A stretch of DNA of 19,521 nucleotides from Promethearchaeota archaeon. GTDB lineage: Archaea > Asgardarchaeota > Lokiarchaeia > Sigyniarchaeales > SOKP01. Below the pieces are notes generated by a model. That model saw nothing but the letters and a program-made list of their open reading frames with translations, did not search any database and was not told where the DNA came from. Numbering within the stretch: position 1 is the first letter of the stretch; each line of letters opens with the position of its first letter. The stretch is from the NCBI GenBank assembly GCA_048938445.1, contig JBHLME010000084.1, positions 1 through 19,521 on the forward strand, given 5' to 3'. Position numbers and translations under genes: made by a program. Shown piece after piece: positions 1-9,520 of this stretch.

Positions 1-1941
1 GGTGCATATAAGACGTATAATTTGTCAATTGTATTACTTCAAGGATTACTTTTATGTGGTATTGGTTCCGTTATAAGTATTATTTTAGCCTTTTTTCTTA
101 CTCAATTTATTTTTATACCTCTTATATCGAGTATTTTAGCTGGTGGGCTTTCATTAACCTTTAACATATCATTTAGTACTCAAATTATATCTTTTATCAT
201 ACCTTTTATAATAGGTATATTAGTAGGATTAGCAGTTAGCTTATCTCCTGCAATTAAAGTTATGAGACTCCAGTTAATTGAATCCATCCATCCATATCGT
301 CATGAAGATACTTTATACCATTTAAGAAAAAGATCATCTGTAAATTATAAATTAATTTTAATTGGTTTGATAATAGCAATAAATGGTGGATTTATTTATT
401 TTATAATACCTAGAATTTTAATTTCAAATGATTTGAATTTATTTGCGGGTACTTTAATAGCAATTCTTTTAATTTTTTTAATTGGATTAACTTTAGCTGG
501 TTTGGGCTTGATACCTCTATTTTTAAGATTAATAATTGAAATATTTAGACCATTTGGAAAGAATCTATATCATGTAATAAAGATCTTTGTTTTTCGGTAT
601 CAAAGAAGGAATTCAAGCACAGTGATAATGTGCGCATTGTCTTTTTCTTTTGTAATATTTACTACAACAGTCATTTCAGATTTTACAATACAACGAGAAA
701 TAAGTACAACCTTAGATTATGGCTCAGATTTAGTTTTAGAAACAATAGGATGGCGGGAAGATGATCTTGATGGTTTTGGTTTTTTTGGAGGAGGTTTTGA
801 TGATTTCTTTGATTTTGATTTTGGAGATGATGCTGGATCAGATGAACCACTTGATCCAAATAAAATATTTACAATTGAATTTCAACAAGAAATATTAAAA
901 ATAGAAGGTGTTGAGAGAGTTTCTTCAGTTGTATCGAGTCCAGAACACTTATCACAGCTTTCTTTTGAATCTGGTGAAGAATATAGTGCTTCTATTGGGG
1001 ATTATGCCGGAATAAATACTAATTCCATTTCATTAATAGGAGTAGACGAATCATATTATTCTACAGTAAATAATGAATACATTACTTTCACATATGGAGA
1101 TAAAGAAAGTGCGTTTGAAAAAATTCACGATGATGAATATACATGTATTATTTCAGAAGCAATTGGTGTCGATCTTAACATTGGTTTAAACGAAAAAATC
1201 AGAATCCATATCTCAAGAGGAGATGAATCAAAAAATTATGTATTTACCGTAATTGGAAGAGCCTCAACCATACCGGGTTTTAGTGATCAATTTAGTAGTT
1301 CGGCATCTGAAGCTAGAAGGGGTGGTGTTATAGTATCTCAACAAACTTATATTGATTTACTTGGAATTTCTCCCTTGCCATCTTGTGATAAATTATTTAT
1401 TAAAATTCAAGATAACGGAGACTTGTCATCTACAAATATTGAAGATGCTATTAAGGATCTTTATCGGAATGAATATAATTTTAAGGTTTTAAATTTAGAT
1501 GAGCGAACGGCTTCTCAGAGAAGACTATTTAGAACAATGGAACAGTTATTTTCCCTTATTCTTATTACTACCATAGTAATTTCGCTTTTTGGTTTATTAG
1601 CATCTTCATATTCAACAATTATAGAAAGAAAAAAAGAAATTGGAATTGTTAGAACTCTAGGTCTTAAAGGAAGAGATATTAGCAAATTGTTCATAATTGA
1701 AGCATTAATAATAATGTTCAGCAGTGGGACTTTAGGAATTCTCTTAGGATATTTTACAGGATGGTTACTTACCTCTAACATGAGTTTATTAGGAGATCTT
1801 CCCTCAACTACAACTTTTCCATTATCTGATGCATTTACTATCTATATTCTATCAACATTATTCATAATTATAGGAATGATAGTATTATTAAGAAAAATTC
1901 GAAAGAAGAAAATCGTAGATATTTACAGGGAAACAATGTAG
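1..1941 (+). CDS. MacB/FtsX-family (type VII ABC) permease, internally duplicated, 5'-truncated by window edge
   Basis: Frame is open from base 1 (GAYKTYNLS...), so the TTG at 22 is not the true start. Multiple TM segments, a large extracytoplasmic loop after YGSDL, and the FtsX signature 'IIERKKEIGIVRTLGLK...LFIIEALII' followed by 3 TMs. Colinear with the C-terminal two-thirds of 5836..8832. Confidence 0.88.
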   Translation, partial: GAYKTYNLSIVLLQGLLLCGIGSVISIILAFFLTQFIFIPLISSILAGGLSLTFNISFSTQIISFIIPFIIGILVGLAVSLSPAIKVMRLQLIESIHPYRHEDTLYHLRKRSSVNYKLILIGLIIAINGGFIYFIIPRILISNDLNLFAGTLIAILLIFLIGLTLAGLGLIPLFLRLIIEIFRPFGKNLYHVIKIFVFRYQRRNSSTVIMCALSFSFVIFTTTVISDFTIQREISTTLDYGSDLVLETIGWREDDLDGFGFFGGGFDDFFDFDFGDDAGSDEPLDPNKIFTIEFQQEILKIEGVERVSSVVSSPEHLSQLSFESGEEYSASIGDYAGINTNSISLIGVDESYYSTVNNEYITFTYGDKESAFEKIHDDEYTCIISEAIGVDLNIGLNEKIRIHISRGDESKNYVFTVIGRASTIPGFSDQFSSSASEARRGGVIVSQQTYIDLLGISPLPSCDKLFIKIQDNGDLSSTNIEDAIKDLYRNEYNFKVLNLDERTASQRRLFRTMEQLFSLILITTIVISLFGLLASSYSTIIERKKEIGIVRTLGLKGRDISKLFIIEALIIMFSSGTLGILLGYFTGWLLTSNMSLLGDLPSTTTFPLSDAFTIYILSTLFIIIGMIVLLRKIRKKKIVDIYRETM

Positions 1942-1946
1942 GTGAT
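1940..1946 (+). promoter_or_regulatory. Shine-Dalgarno site AGGTGAT overlapping the upstream TAG stop
   Basis: ...ATG TAG GTGAT TAAAAAAGA TTG: archaeal-type GGTGA about 10 nt before the TTG at 1956, consistent with translational coupling. Confidence 0.7.
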
Positions 1947-1955
1947 TAAAAAAGA

Positions 1956-4900
1956 TTGATTAAATATATTAATTATTCAAGAAAATTCATTGGAATTTTT
2001 TTAGTTATTTTTACTTTAATGAATAATACCTTAATTCCTGCTGTAAATTATTACATAAATAATGAGCCCATAGGTGATTTAAATACTGCTGATGTTGCAG
2101 GAAGAGATATATATGCAGAACAAATAAGTGCCTATGTGGCGGGAAATACTTCAATCATAACTCAATCCTTTTTTACTAACGATTCAAACTTTTTACCAGA
2201 CTTTAATACAAATGATCCACATCTTGAAAAATGCAATTTAGTTATAACTGCTTCAAATGGAATAAATCCCGCAATCTTTCCAAGGGTAATAACCGGTGAT
2301 GCTTCATATTCTCCACCTAATACAAATTTTAATGGATTTACAGGATTCCTTTACTATGATAACAATTTATCCTTGGATTCAGTTCAAAAAGACGCAATTC
2401 AAGTGCTCAAATACATAAAATTAAATTTTCACATGGATATCATAATGGTTAATTCCACGGATCCATATTTTTTCCCATTTGTAGGGTATTATCCTAATTG
2501 GGAAATATATTTTAATGCTATAACTGCTAATATACCAAAAGATGGGTATTTCAAAGCTTTAGATATAGATCGATTAACAAATGAAAACTATTACAATAAC
2601 CATCATCTATCATCTTCTATTGTAATTATCAACTCAATTGAATTTTTAGAAATCTTAAGCACCCTTCCAACAGATCAATTGAATTTTAATTTTGATCCCA
2701 CACTAATGCAAGGATTTGATCTTGATGAACTATTAGATCTTTTTAATGTCTCATCTTCAGATGAATTATTTTCATTTGATTCTCATTATATTACTTTAAC
2801 AATACAGTATGAAGGAAATGAACAAGGTATTGAAATAATTGGACCAAATCAATATGCATTTAACTTATGGAAAGCAATGAATTATTATGGTAAACCTTTG
2901 AGACCAAGTGATAAAATCTTCATAAGCTTATTAGGTATATTTCTAAGTGGATTGGACATAAACGTGCTTTGTACTGAAATTTATAACACCACACCAAATT
3001 ACTTAGAATTCGACGAAGAAACGATAGATCGGTTAAATACTTTACTTGCTCTCACTGGAGAAGATATCAATTTGGACATTCTTAATTATCTTTCATGGGA
3101 ATTATTATGGGTAGGAGAATATGGAACATATAGAAGTCACATTCGACCGGTTGTTATAAACTGGGACGTTACTAACCCCGAGGAGTTTGCTCTACATGCT
3201 CTAACTGATTTGACACTTAAAAATGGGGGATTTCAGGGTTTGAATACCATTCCAACAGGAATGTTAAATGAAATTAATCAATTTATAGTAACATATAATC
3301 TCTCAAATTCAGAGCATAATATGAAGATATCAAGGGAACTCATTGGAGATAACGCATCCTTTGGAGTAGATCGAGGAGAATTTAATTTTACAATTACAGT
3401 TGAAAATATTGGATATAAAACCGTGTGGGGTGTTCCCTTTTCATATGCTACCCCTCCAAATTTAGAGTTTTTAATATTTTCGGTAGTTGGAAATCCTTTT
3501 ACAGATTTATATGATAGATTAACCACATTAGTCAATAATAATTGTAGCATATCCGTTGAAGATTACGTAAATTTTTATGATGAGGTTCGAGTATTTGAAG
3601 TTGATTCACTAGGTACGGGAGCGGTTGATTATTATTATCCATGGAATCCATTAGACGCAAGTGCTGAAGATCGAATGCCTTATAGTCTTGAATTAGCCAA
3701 GATGATGGAAGAAAGTGCAGATCCTTCATTTTCTCCATCAGAGATTAATTATTTTAAGAACACAGATAGTATAAGAAATCCAGACAACTGGAAATTAGAA
3801 CCTGGTGAATCATTTAGTTATAATATAAGTTCTGGTGTTGATTTTATAGACACTTATACTGCATTTTCTACAAATAATTTTACTTATAATGCATCAACAC
3901 CATATATAAACAATGGAACTTCAATTTTAAATACTAACGCTTCAATGGCTTTAGAATTAGATAATAATAGTTGGATAATTCAATCTGAAAATCATTCAAT
4001 TGACATCCATGATTTTGGAATTGATTTTATTTTTCAAAACGAAACTGCCTTGGATTTAGTTAATTTTTCTATTGATCGTATATCAATAGTGGTTAATTTT
4101 ACTCAAAATAGTTCAATATTAGATACTATAAGTGGACTTATATATAATTTTTCTTTAGGAGCTTACCAAAACATCACAGCAACTTCTTTTAATACGACAT
4201 GGAGATTCTCTTTGATAAATTTTAACAATAGTATTAACGATATATTTGATCCAGGACATCTTAATAACTTCACGGTAAAATTTAGGTTAAATGGTACTTC
4301 TTCTGAACCATTCAATACTTCTATAAATGATATTAATATAGAATATGAAATTCGAGATATAAATTCAATAACACGTCAGGGTGCTCAAGTTTTATTTGGT
4401 CCCGAAAGTAGGATTTCTCAATTATCAAGGAGATCAAGTTCAGTAACGCTCGGTACTGATGAAATTGCATCAATTATTGCATTTGCTAACCTCACGAGTT
4501 ATAATTCATCTTTAGGTGAACTAAATACATACACCTTAAGATTAAAGAGTATTGGCTCTTTAAACGCTGAAAATTTATCCATATCAATAGATCTTCCAGG
4601 AATACTGCATGAGAATAATAATTTCACTTTTGCTAACAATACATTGACATATGAGAAAAAATATCTCAATGTTACAATGGAATTAATTTTAAATTTCACT
4701 TTTTATACTCCAAATTCTGGTGAAGTAGATAATGTTTTTATTAGTTATGACACTCCAAAAGTACATCCACTATCAAATGCTTCTTCAATTTTAAATAATC
4801 CTAATGAAGTATTTTTTTCAGCACCAGTTAATTATGAGGATAAAATCCCCTTTGTAAGAACTATTGAAGTTTTCTATAATACTTCTACAGGATCCCCTCA

Positions 4901-5786
4901 AATCAATGATGTTTTTAATTTAACGGTAAACATGAAAAACACGAGTCCATATAATAGTTCAATCCCTGACTTAAGATTATCCATGAATGATAATTATGGC
5001 GATTTAGTGAGAATCGATAATAAAAGAAACATTAGCTACACCAATATCAGTTTTGATGAGATAATCTCATTTAATATTACTCTAAATAAAACTGATTGGA
5101 AAGCATACTATTATCCTGCTATAAATTTTATTCGAGGATCTGAAAGTTCTACTTTACAAATTTCAAGATCATCACATATCGTGCTTGGAAACATTAATAT
5201 CACTGTATCAAAATCAGTTAATAGAAACCAGATAGAAATAGGTGATCAAATTATTGTTTCTATCGAAATTCAAAATACAGGAACAATTTGCATTAAAAAT
5301 ATAGATGTTGAAGATATGATTAGCTATTCAATTTCAGATTTTTCATTAGTTAGTGGAAAGTTAAATAATGAAATCATAAAATTAGAACCAAATGAAACTA
5401 TAAGTTTTAATTATACCATTCAAGCAAAAAGACAAAACTCATTGACATTAAAAGAAGCATATGTAGAATATTATTACCTTTCTCGTATAATTGTAGAATC
5501 AAATACAGTTAATATAAAAATAATTACCCCTATTATGATACAACGATTATATATACTCTTCCCTAGCTTATTAACACTTGGTATTATTATCATATTTTTA
5601 TGGCAGATAAAAAAATATAGAACAAAAAAATATGAAAAACGCAGACATGAACTATTGTTATTTGAATTAAGCTCGAGAGAATCAATAATTAAAGTAGAGA
5701 ATACTTTAAGAGATAGGTTAAATATTTTATCTAAAACAAATGTTGATGTGAATTTAGAAAAAAAATATAAAGATAAAACTAAATAG
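1956..5786 (+). CDS. Large secreted, C-terminally anchored surface glycoprotein with DUF11/BatD/TRAP-beta-like Ig domains
   Basis: N-terminal basic plus hydrophobic signal (RKFIGIFLVIFTLM). About 49 N-x-S/T sequons by manual count. Repeated motifs such as 'F.ITVENIG', 'IIVSIEIQNTG' and 'KLEPGES/KLEPNET'. Single TM LYILFPSLLTLGIIIIFLW (5547..5603) then a basic tail of about 60 aa. TTG start with SD. Confidence 0.8.
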   Translation: MIKYINYSRKFIGIFLVIFTLMNNTLIPAVNYYINNEPIGDLNTADVAGRDIYAEQISAYVAGNTSIITQSFFTNDSNFLPDFNTNDPHLEKCNLVITASNGINPAIFPRVITGDASYSPPNTNFNGFTGFLYYDNNLSLDSVQKDAIQVLKYIKLNFHMDIIMVNSTDPYFFPFVGYYPNWEIYFNAITANIPKDGYFKALDIDRLTNENYYNNHHLSSSIVIINSIEFLEILSTLPTDQLNFNFDPTLMQGFDLDELLDLFNVSSSDELFSFDSHYITLTIQYEGNEQGIEIIGPNQYAFNLWKAMNYYGKPLRPSDKIFISLLGIFLSGLDINVLCTEIYNTTPNYLEFDEETIDRLNTLLALTGEDINLDILNYLSWELLWVGEYGTYRSHIRPVVINWDVTNPEEFALHALTDLTLKNGGFQGLNTIPTGMLNEINQFIVTYNLSNSEHNMKISRELIGDNASFGVDRGEFNFTITVENIGYKTVWGVPFSYATPPNLEFLIFSVVGNPFTDLYDRLTTLVNNNCSISVEDYVNFYDEVRVFEVDSLGTGAVDYYYPWNPLDASAEDRMPYSLELAKMMEESADPSFSPSEINYFKNTDSIRNPDNWKLEPGESFSYNISSGVDFIDTYTAFSTNNFTYNASTPYINNGTSILNTNASMALELDNNSWIIQSENHSIDIHDFGIDFIFQNETALDLVNFSIDRISIVVNFTQNSSILDTISGLIYNFSLGAYQNITATSFNTTWRFSLINFNNSINDIFDPGHLNNFTVKFRLNGTSSEPFNTSINDINIEYEIRDINSITRQGAQVLFGPESRISQLSRRSSSVTLGTDEIASIIAFANLTSYNSSLGELNTYTLRLKSIGSLNAENLSISIDLPGILHENNNFTFANNTLTYEKKYLNVTMELILNFTFYTPNSGEVDNVFISYDTPKVHPLSNASSILNNPNEVFFSAPVNYEDKIPFVRTIEVFYNTSTGSPQINDVFNLTVNMKNTSPYNSSIPDLRLSMNDNYGDLVRIDNKRNISYTNISFDEIISFNITLNKTDWKAYYYPAINFIRGSESSTLQISRSSHIVLGNINITVSKSVNRNQIEIGDQIIVSIEIQNTGTICIKNIDVEDMISYSISDFSLVSGKLNNEIIKLEPNETISFNYTIQAKRQNSLTLKEAYVEYYYLSRIIVESNTVNIKIITPIMIQRLYILFPSLLTLGIIIIFLWQIKKYRTKKYEKRRHELLLFELSSRESIIKVENTLRDRLNILSKTNVDVNLEKKYKDKTK

Positions 5787-5835
5787 AGTGAATTATTCGA
5801 AATTAAATAAGAAGATAAAGTAAAAACGGTCAAAA

Positions 5836-8832
5836 ATGGCAAATTTTAAAGAAAAATTAAAGAACATGATAAACTGGCAATTTATTAGGCTATCATGGTT
5901 TGATATGAAACGGGATAAAACGAAAACATTATTTGGTATAAGTGGTATTGCCATTTCAATCTTCCTCTTAACTGCGATTGGTTATATAAATGACACTCTT
6001 TCATATAATTATATTGATACCGCAACCACCACAGTAGGAAGTGCAGATATCATGGTCACTAAAATAATTCAACCCGATTTAAATTTTGATCCCTTCTTTT
6101 CTCAAGACATAATTGATGATCAATTACAGGATATTGAAGGCGTAGAAGAATTTTTTCCTCGCATAATGGTACTAGTCCAAACATATTCAGAGAAAACTGA
6201 AAAAAACACATCTTTAGAGTTATATGGTATTGATTTTGAAGCAGAATATGAGAATGGACATATGGGAGATTTAAGAATTGTGGATGAAGAAGGTGAAGAA
6301 ACAGGTGAGATCTATGATGATGAACCCCGTGATGGAGAGTGTGTAATATTATGGAATGTCGCTGTATTATTTAACGTGACTAAAGGGGATAAAATCTTAA
6401 TAGAATATGAGAATACTCAATTAAATTTAACAATAGAAGAAATTTGTGTTCAGCATCAAAAATTTTTACAATTTGAAACTGCTCTCATCATTGTTAATCT
6501 CCAGCAAGCGCAATCTTTTCTTGATGAGAATGGGAATATAAATTATATTGCAGGAACTATTGAGACTCCTGAATTCATTTATAATGCTAGGGATTTAAAA
6601 ACGACTACAAGCAAATTACTTTTAATAAGTAATAGGATTCAAGATCGATTAGACATTAATATTTATAGCATTAGCATGCCAAAACTCTCAGAACTTGAAG
6701 GAGCAGAGTTTACCTTAATGAGCATGACAATTGCATTTTGGTTTATCTTAATTTTATCAATGATAATAACAGGAATTCTGATAAATGGAATCTTATCCAC
6801 TTCAATAGAAGAGAGAGTAAGAGAATTCGGAATTCTTAGAACCGTAGGAGGTAAGAAAGTATTTCCCGTCAAAATGGTTATTTTTGAAGGATTTATGTTA
6901 GGGCTTATCGGATCATCAATAGGTTTGATATTCGGTTATAGTCTAACTCCTGCAATCATAGGTGAGATATTTGATGTTTTTTTTCTTGAATCATCAGATT
7001 TATCATATGTAATTCTTCCAGAGACTTTATTAACTGCTTTTTTTATTGGAACGGGTGTTTCGTTGTTAGTATCCTTAATTCCTGCATTTAAAACATCTAG
7101 AATTGAATTAATTAAAGCAATAACTCCATTTCAGACCAAGGAAGAAGGATGGGAAATTAAAAAAGAGGGTAGCGTCAATTTAAAAAGTTTTATAACAGGA
7201 ATTTCAGTTGCAATGATAGGATTGATCATTTTTGTTTTACTTCCTCAAATTTTCTTGACTGGAGATCTCATGTTAATAATTTCCTTATTTATTGGATTAC
7301 TAGGAGCAATTCTAGTTGGATTTATTTTCGCGGCATTAGGGGTAATACCATTAATACAAAGAATCTTTTTAGCCATTATTTCACCATTTATCAAAAAATA
7401 TCGTTCTATTGTTAAAATATCTTTGAAAAGGAATAGAAGAAGAAATACTAGTACGATCATAATGTTTGCGATATCATTTTCCTTTATCTTTTTTATTACT
7501 AGTCGTTCTCAAATGCAATCAGAAAATTTTTCTTTAAATATTAGATTTCAGTACGGAGCAGACCTCATCATTACAAATCAAGGAACGGAAGAAAATGGCG
7601 TAGATGTTGAAATGTTTGAAATCTTAAAAACTCTTCCAGGGGTAAAAGATGCGGCTTATACACTTCATAACACATTTGATCTCGCAGCAGCAATTTCAGT
7701 AATCTTTGATGTTGGATCAGGAAGTTCTGGTTCAAGCGGAGAGGATGCATCACAATCGATAATGGATTTAATTGGATTTTATGCTTCAGAATTACAAAAT
7801 AAATTTCAAGTAAAAGTTGCAGATGTAGCTGAATTCAATGAGTATGATGCAGGTTTAATAGGAATAAATCAGAGTTATATAGATCTTATTGATAAAGATT
7901 TATTGATATGGGGAAGTACTCAGAGTAGTACCTCTTATTCATTCAGCCAATTATTTGCAAATAATACAGATATAGTAATGATTGGAAATAATTCTTATAA
8001 TGTGGAGCCTTGCATTGTCGCTAAATCTATCGCTTCAAGTATTGGAATCTATGAAGTAGGTGGTCTTTTAAAGTTGTCATTCTATGATCCTCAAAATAAT
8101 ACAGGAATTCCTGTGGAAAGTGCTCTTTTTAGAGTAGTAGGGATTTCAGGAGGAATTCCCGGATACTTTCAATTTAGAAGTAATGAAATGTCTGTTGATG
8201 GTGATGGGGTAATGCTTTCATTAGATACTTATGAAAAATTCATGAGGATTAAGGATGCCGGTGAATATAACATGACTATTGATAAGATTTTTATTAACTT
8301 GAACGATATTTCTGACGAGGGGATAAAAAACATGATAGATCAAATTAATATACAATTTACAGATAAACATTTTATTGTTGATGATGCTGCATCAAAAATT
8401 AATTACATGAACCAAATGTCTCAGAGGAATAGTATATTAATGGAAATTGTTCTCATGTTCACTGTTGTAATATGCATATTTGGTCTGATTAGCTCGATGT
8501 ATGCGATTATGCTCGAGAGAAAATTTGAAATTGGTATTTTAAGAAGTATGGGATTGAAAGCTAGAAATGTAAGAAATATGTTTTTAATTGAAAGCATGAT
8601 TTTAATGTTTTCATCGGGAATAATAGGTACAATATTAGGTACACTTTTAGCTTATTTATTACAAACTAATATGGCTTTATTTACAGAGATGCCAATTGTT
8701 TTCTTATTACCCTTACTAACAATAATAAGAGTATTTATCATTTCGATATCTATAGGAATCATTGGCACATATCTAATTCTTAGAAAATTATCAAAACAAA
8801 CGATAATGGAGATATTTCGACAGACTTTTTAA
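5836..8832 (+). CDS. MacB/FtsX-family (type VII ABC) permease, two MacB_PCD+FtsX modules, 998 aa
   Basis: N-terminal amphipathic helix and TM 'KRDKTKTLFGISGIAISIFLL'. Two FtsX signatures, 'EERVREFGILRTVGG' and 'LERKFEIGILRSMGLK'. Two large extracytoplasmic domains starting at GSADI and YGADL. Confidence 0.9.
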   Translation: MANFKEKLKNMINWQFIRLSWFDMKRDKTKTLFGISGIAISIFLLTAIGYINDTLSYNYIDTATTTVGSADIMVTKIIQPDLNFDPFFSQDIIDDQLQDIEGVEEFFPRIMVLVQTYSEKTEKNTSLELYGIDFEAEYENGHMGDLRIVDEEGEETGEIYDDEPRDGECVILWNVAVLFNVTKGDKILIEYENTQLNLTIEEICVQHQKFLQFETALIIVNLQQAQSFLDENGNINYIAGTIETPEFIYNARDLKTTTSKLLLISNRIQDRLDINIYSISMPKLSELEGAEFTLMSMTIAFWFILILSMIITGILINGILSTSIEERVREFGILRTVGGKKVFPVKMVIFEGFMLGLIGSSIGLIFGYSLTPAIIGEIFDVFFLESSDLSYVILPETLLTAFFIGTGVSLLVSLIPAFKTSRIELIKAITPFQTKEEGWEIKKEGSVNLKSFITGISVAMIGLIIFVLLPQIFLTGDLMLIISLFIGLLGAILVGFIFAALGVIPLIQRIFLAIISPFIKKYRSIVKISLKRNRRRNTSTIIMFAISFSFIFFITSRSQMQSENFSLNIRFQYGADLIITNQGTEENGVDVEMFEILKTLPGVKDAAYTLHNTFDLAAAISVIFDVGSGSSGSSGEDASQSIMDLIGFYASELQNKFQVKVADVAEFNEYDAGLIGINQSYIDLIDKDLLIWGSTQSSTSYSFSQLFANNTDIVMIGNNSYNVEPCIVAKSIASSIGIYEVGGLLKLSFYDPQNNTGIPVESALFRVVGISGGIPGYFQFRSNEMSVDGDGVMLSLDTYEKFMRIKDAGEYNMTIDKIFINLNDISDEGIKNMIDQINIQFTDKHFIVDDAASKINYMNQMSQRNSILMEIVLMFTVVICIFGLISSMYAIMLERKFEIGILRSMGLKARNVRNMFLIESMILMFSSGIIGTILGTLLAYLLQTNMALFTEMPIVFLLPLLTIIRVFIISISIGIIGTYLILRKLSKQTIMEIFRQTF

Positions 8833-9419
8833 TTTTTTTCTAAAAATTCTATTAATTTTCTAATAGCTCTTCCTCTATGAGAAATTTTATTTTTTTCTTC
8901 ACGAATTAATTCTGAAAATGATTTTTCGGGAATATCGTTTGAAATGAAGATAGGATCAAATCCAAATCCATAAGATCCTCTAATTTTATTGGAAATTTTT
9001 CCTTGAACTGAACCATAAAATGTAAGAACCTTATCTAACGGCTTATAATATAAGGCTATTACAGTACTAAAATGTGCTTCAGTTCTTTGGAAATCTTTGA
9101 TTAGTTTTAAAATTCCTTCATTTCCAATTTTTTTAAACACATAAGATGAATAAACTCCCGGGAATCCTTTTAACGGCTTATCTACAAAAAAACCCGAATC
9201 TTCAACAAAAAAAGAGCTATCAATCTGCCCTTTTATGCTATTAAGTTTAAATATCGCTACTTCTTCAAGACTATCAGCTTGAATTTCTACTGGATCAATA
9301 TCTAATTGTTGTAATTTAAATGGTAATTGATGCATTTTGAATATCTGAGATATTTCTGAGAACTTATTTTTATTCCCAGTAACAAAATATAAAACTGATT
9401 TTTCCACTTTCATGCTCAT
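8829..9419 (-). CDS. rdgB: Non-canonical purine NTP pyrophosphatase (dITP/XTP pyrophosphatase, Ham1/RdgB family)
   Basis: Motifs FVTGNKNKF, EIQA, EDSG, FPGVYS, GFGFDPIF and KNKISHRGRA. Start could be the second Met at 9413. The stop overlaps the convergent permease stop (shared TTAA, 8829-8832). Confidence 0.95.
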   Translation of the reverse strand: MSMKVEKSVLYFVTGNKNKFSEISQIFKMHQLPFKLQQLDIDPVEIQADSLEEVAIFKLNSIKGQIDSSFFVEDSGFFVDKPLKGFPGVYSSYVFKKIGNEGILKLIKDFQRTEAHFSTVIALYYKPLDKVLTFYGSVQGKISNKIRGSYGFGFDPIFISNDIPEKSFSELIREEKNKISHRGRAIRKLIEFLEKN

Positions 9420-9520
9420 TAAAAATCCAAAATTTTATTTTATTTCCTTTACTTCTTTATCTATATTTCAAAATTAAGATTGTTATAAATCTTTTAACAA
9501 ATAAATTATTCTTTAAAATA
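9420..9520. promoter_or_regulatory. Divergent promoter region rdgB / rps15
   Basis: 101-bp AT-rich gap between divergent genes. TATA-like TTATAAAT at 9483-9490 and TTTTAACA at 9492-9499. No SD before the rps15 ATG, consistent with a leaderless or short-leader mRNA. Confidence 0.5.

Noticed and set aside
22-24. TTG as start of the first permease
   Set aside because: The frame is open to base 1 and the paralogue shows about 340 aa are missing upstream.
1515-7753. Short minus-strand ORFs 1515..1781, 3278..3550, 3532..3738, 4499..4699, 5474..5842, 6663..6872, 7245..7460, 7571..7753
   Set aside because: They lie antisense within long, well-supported genes and have no recognisable motifs; typical shadow ORFs.
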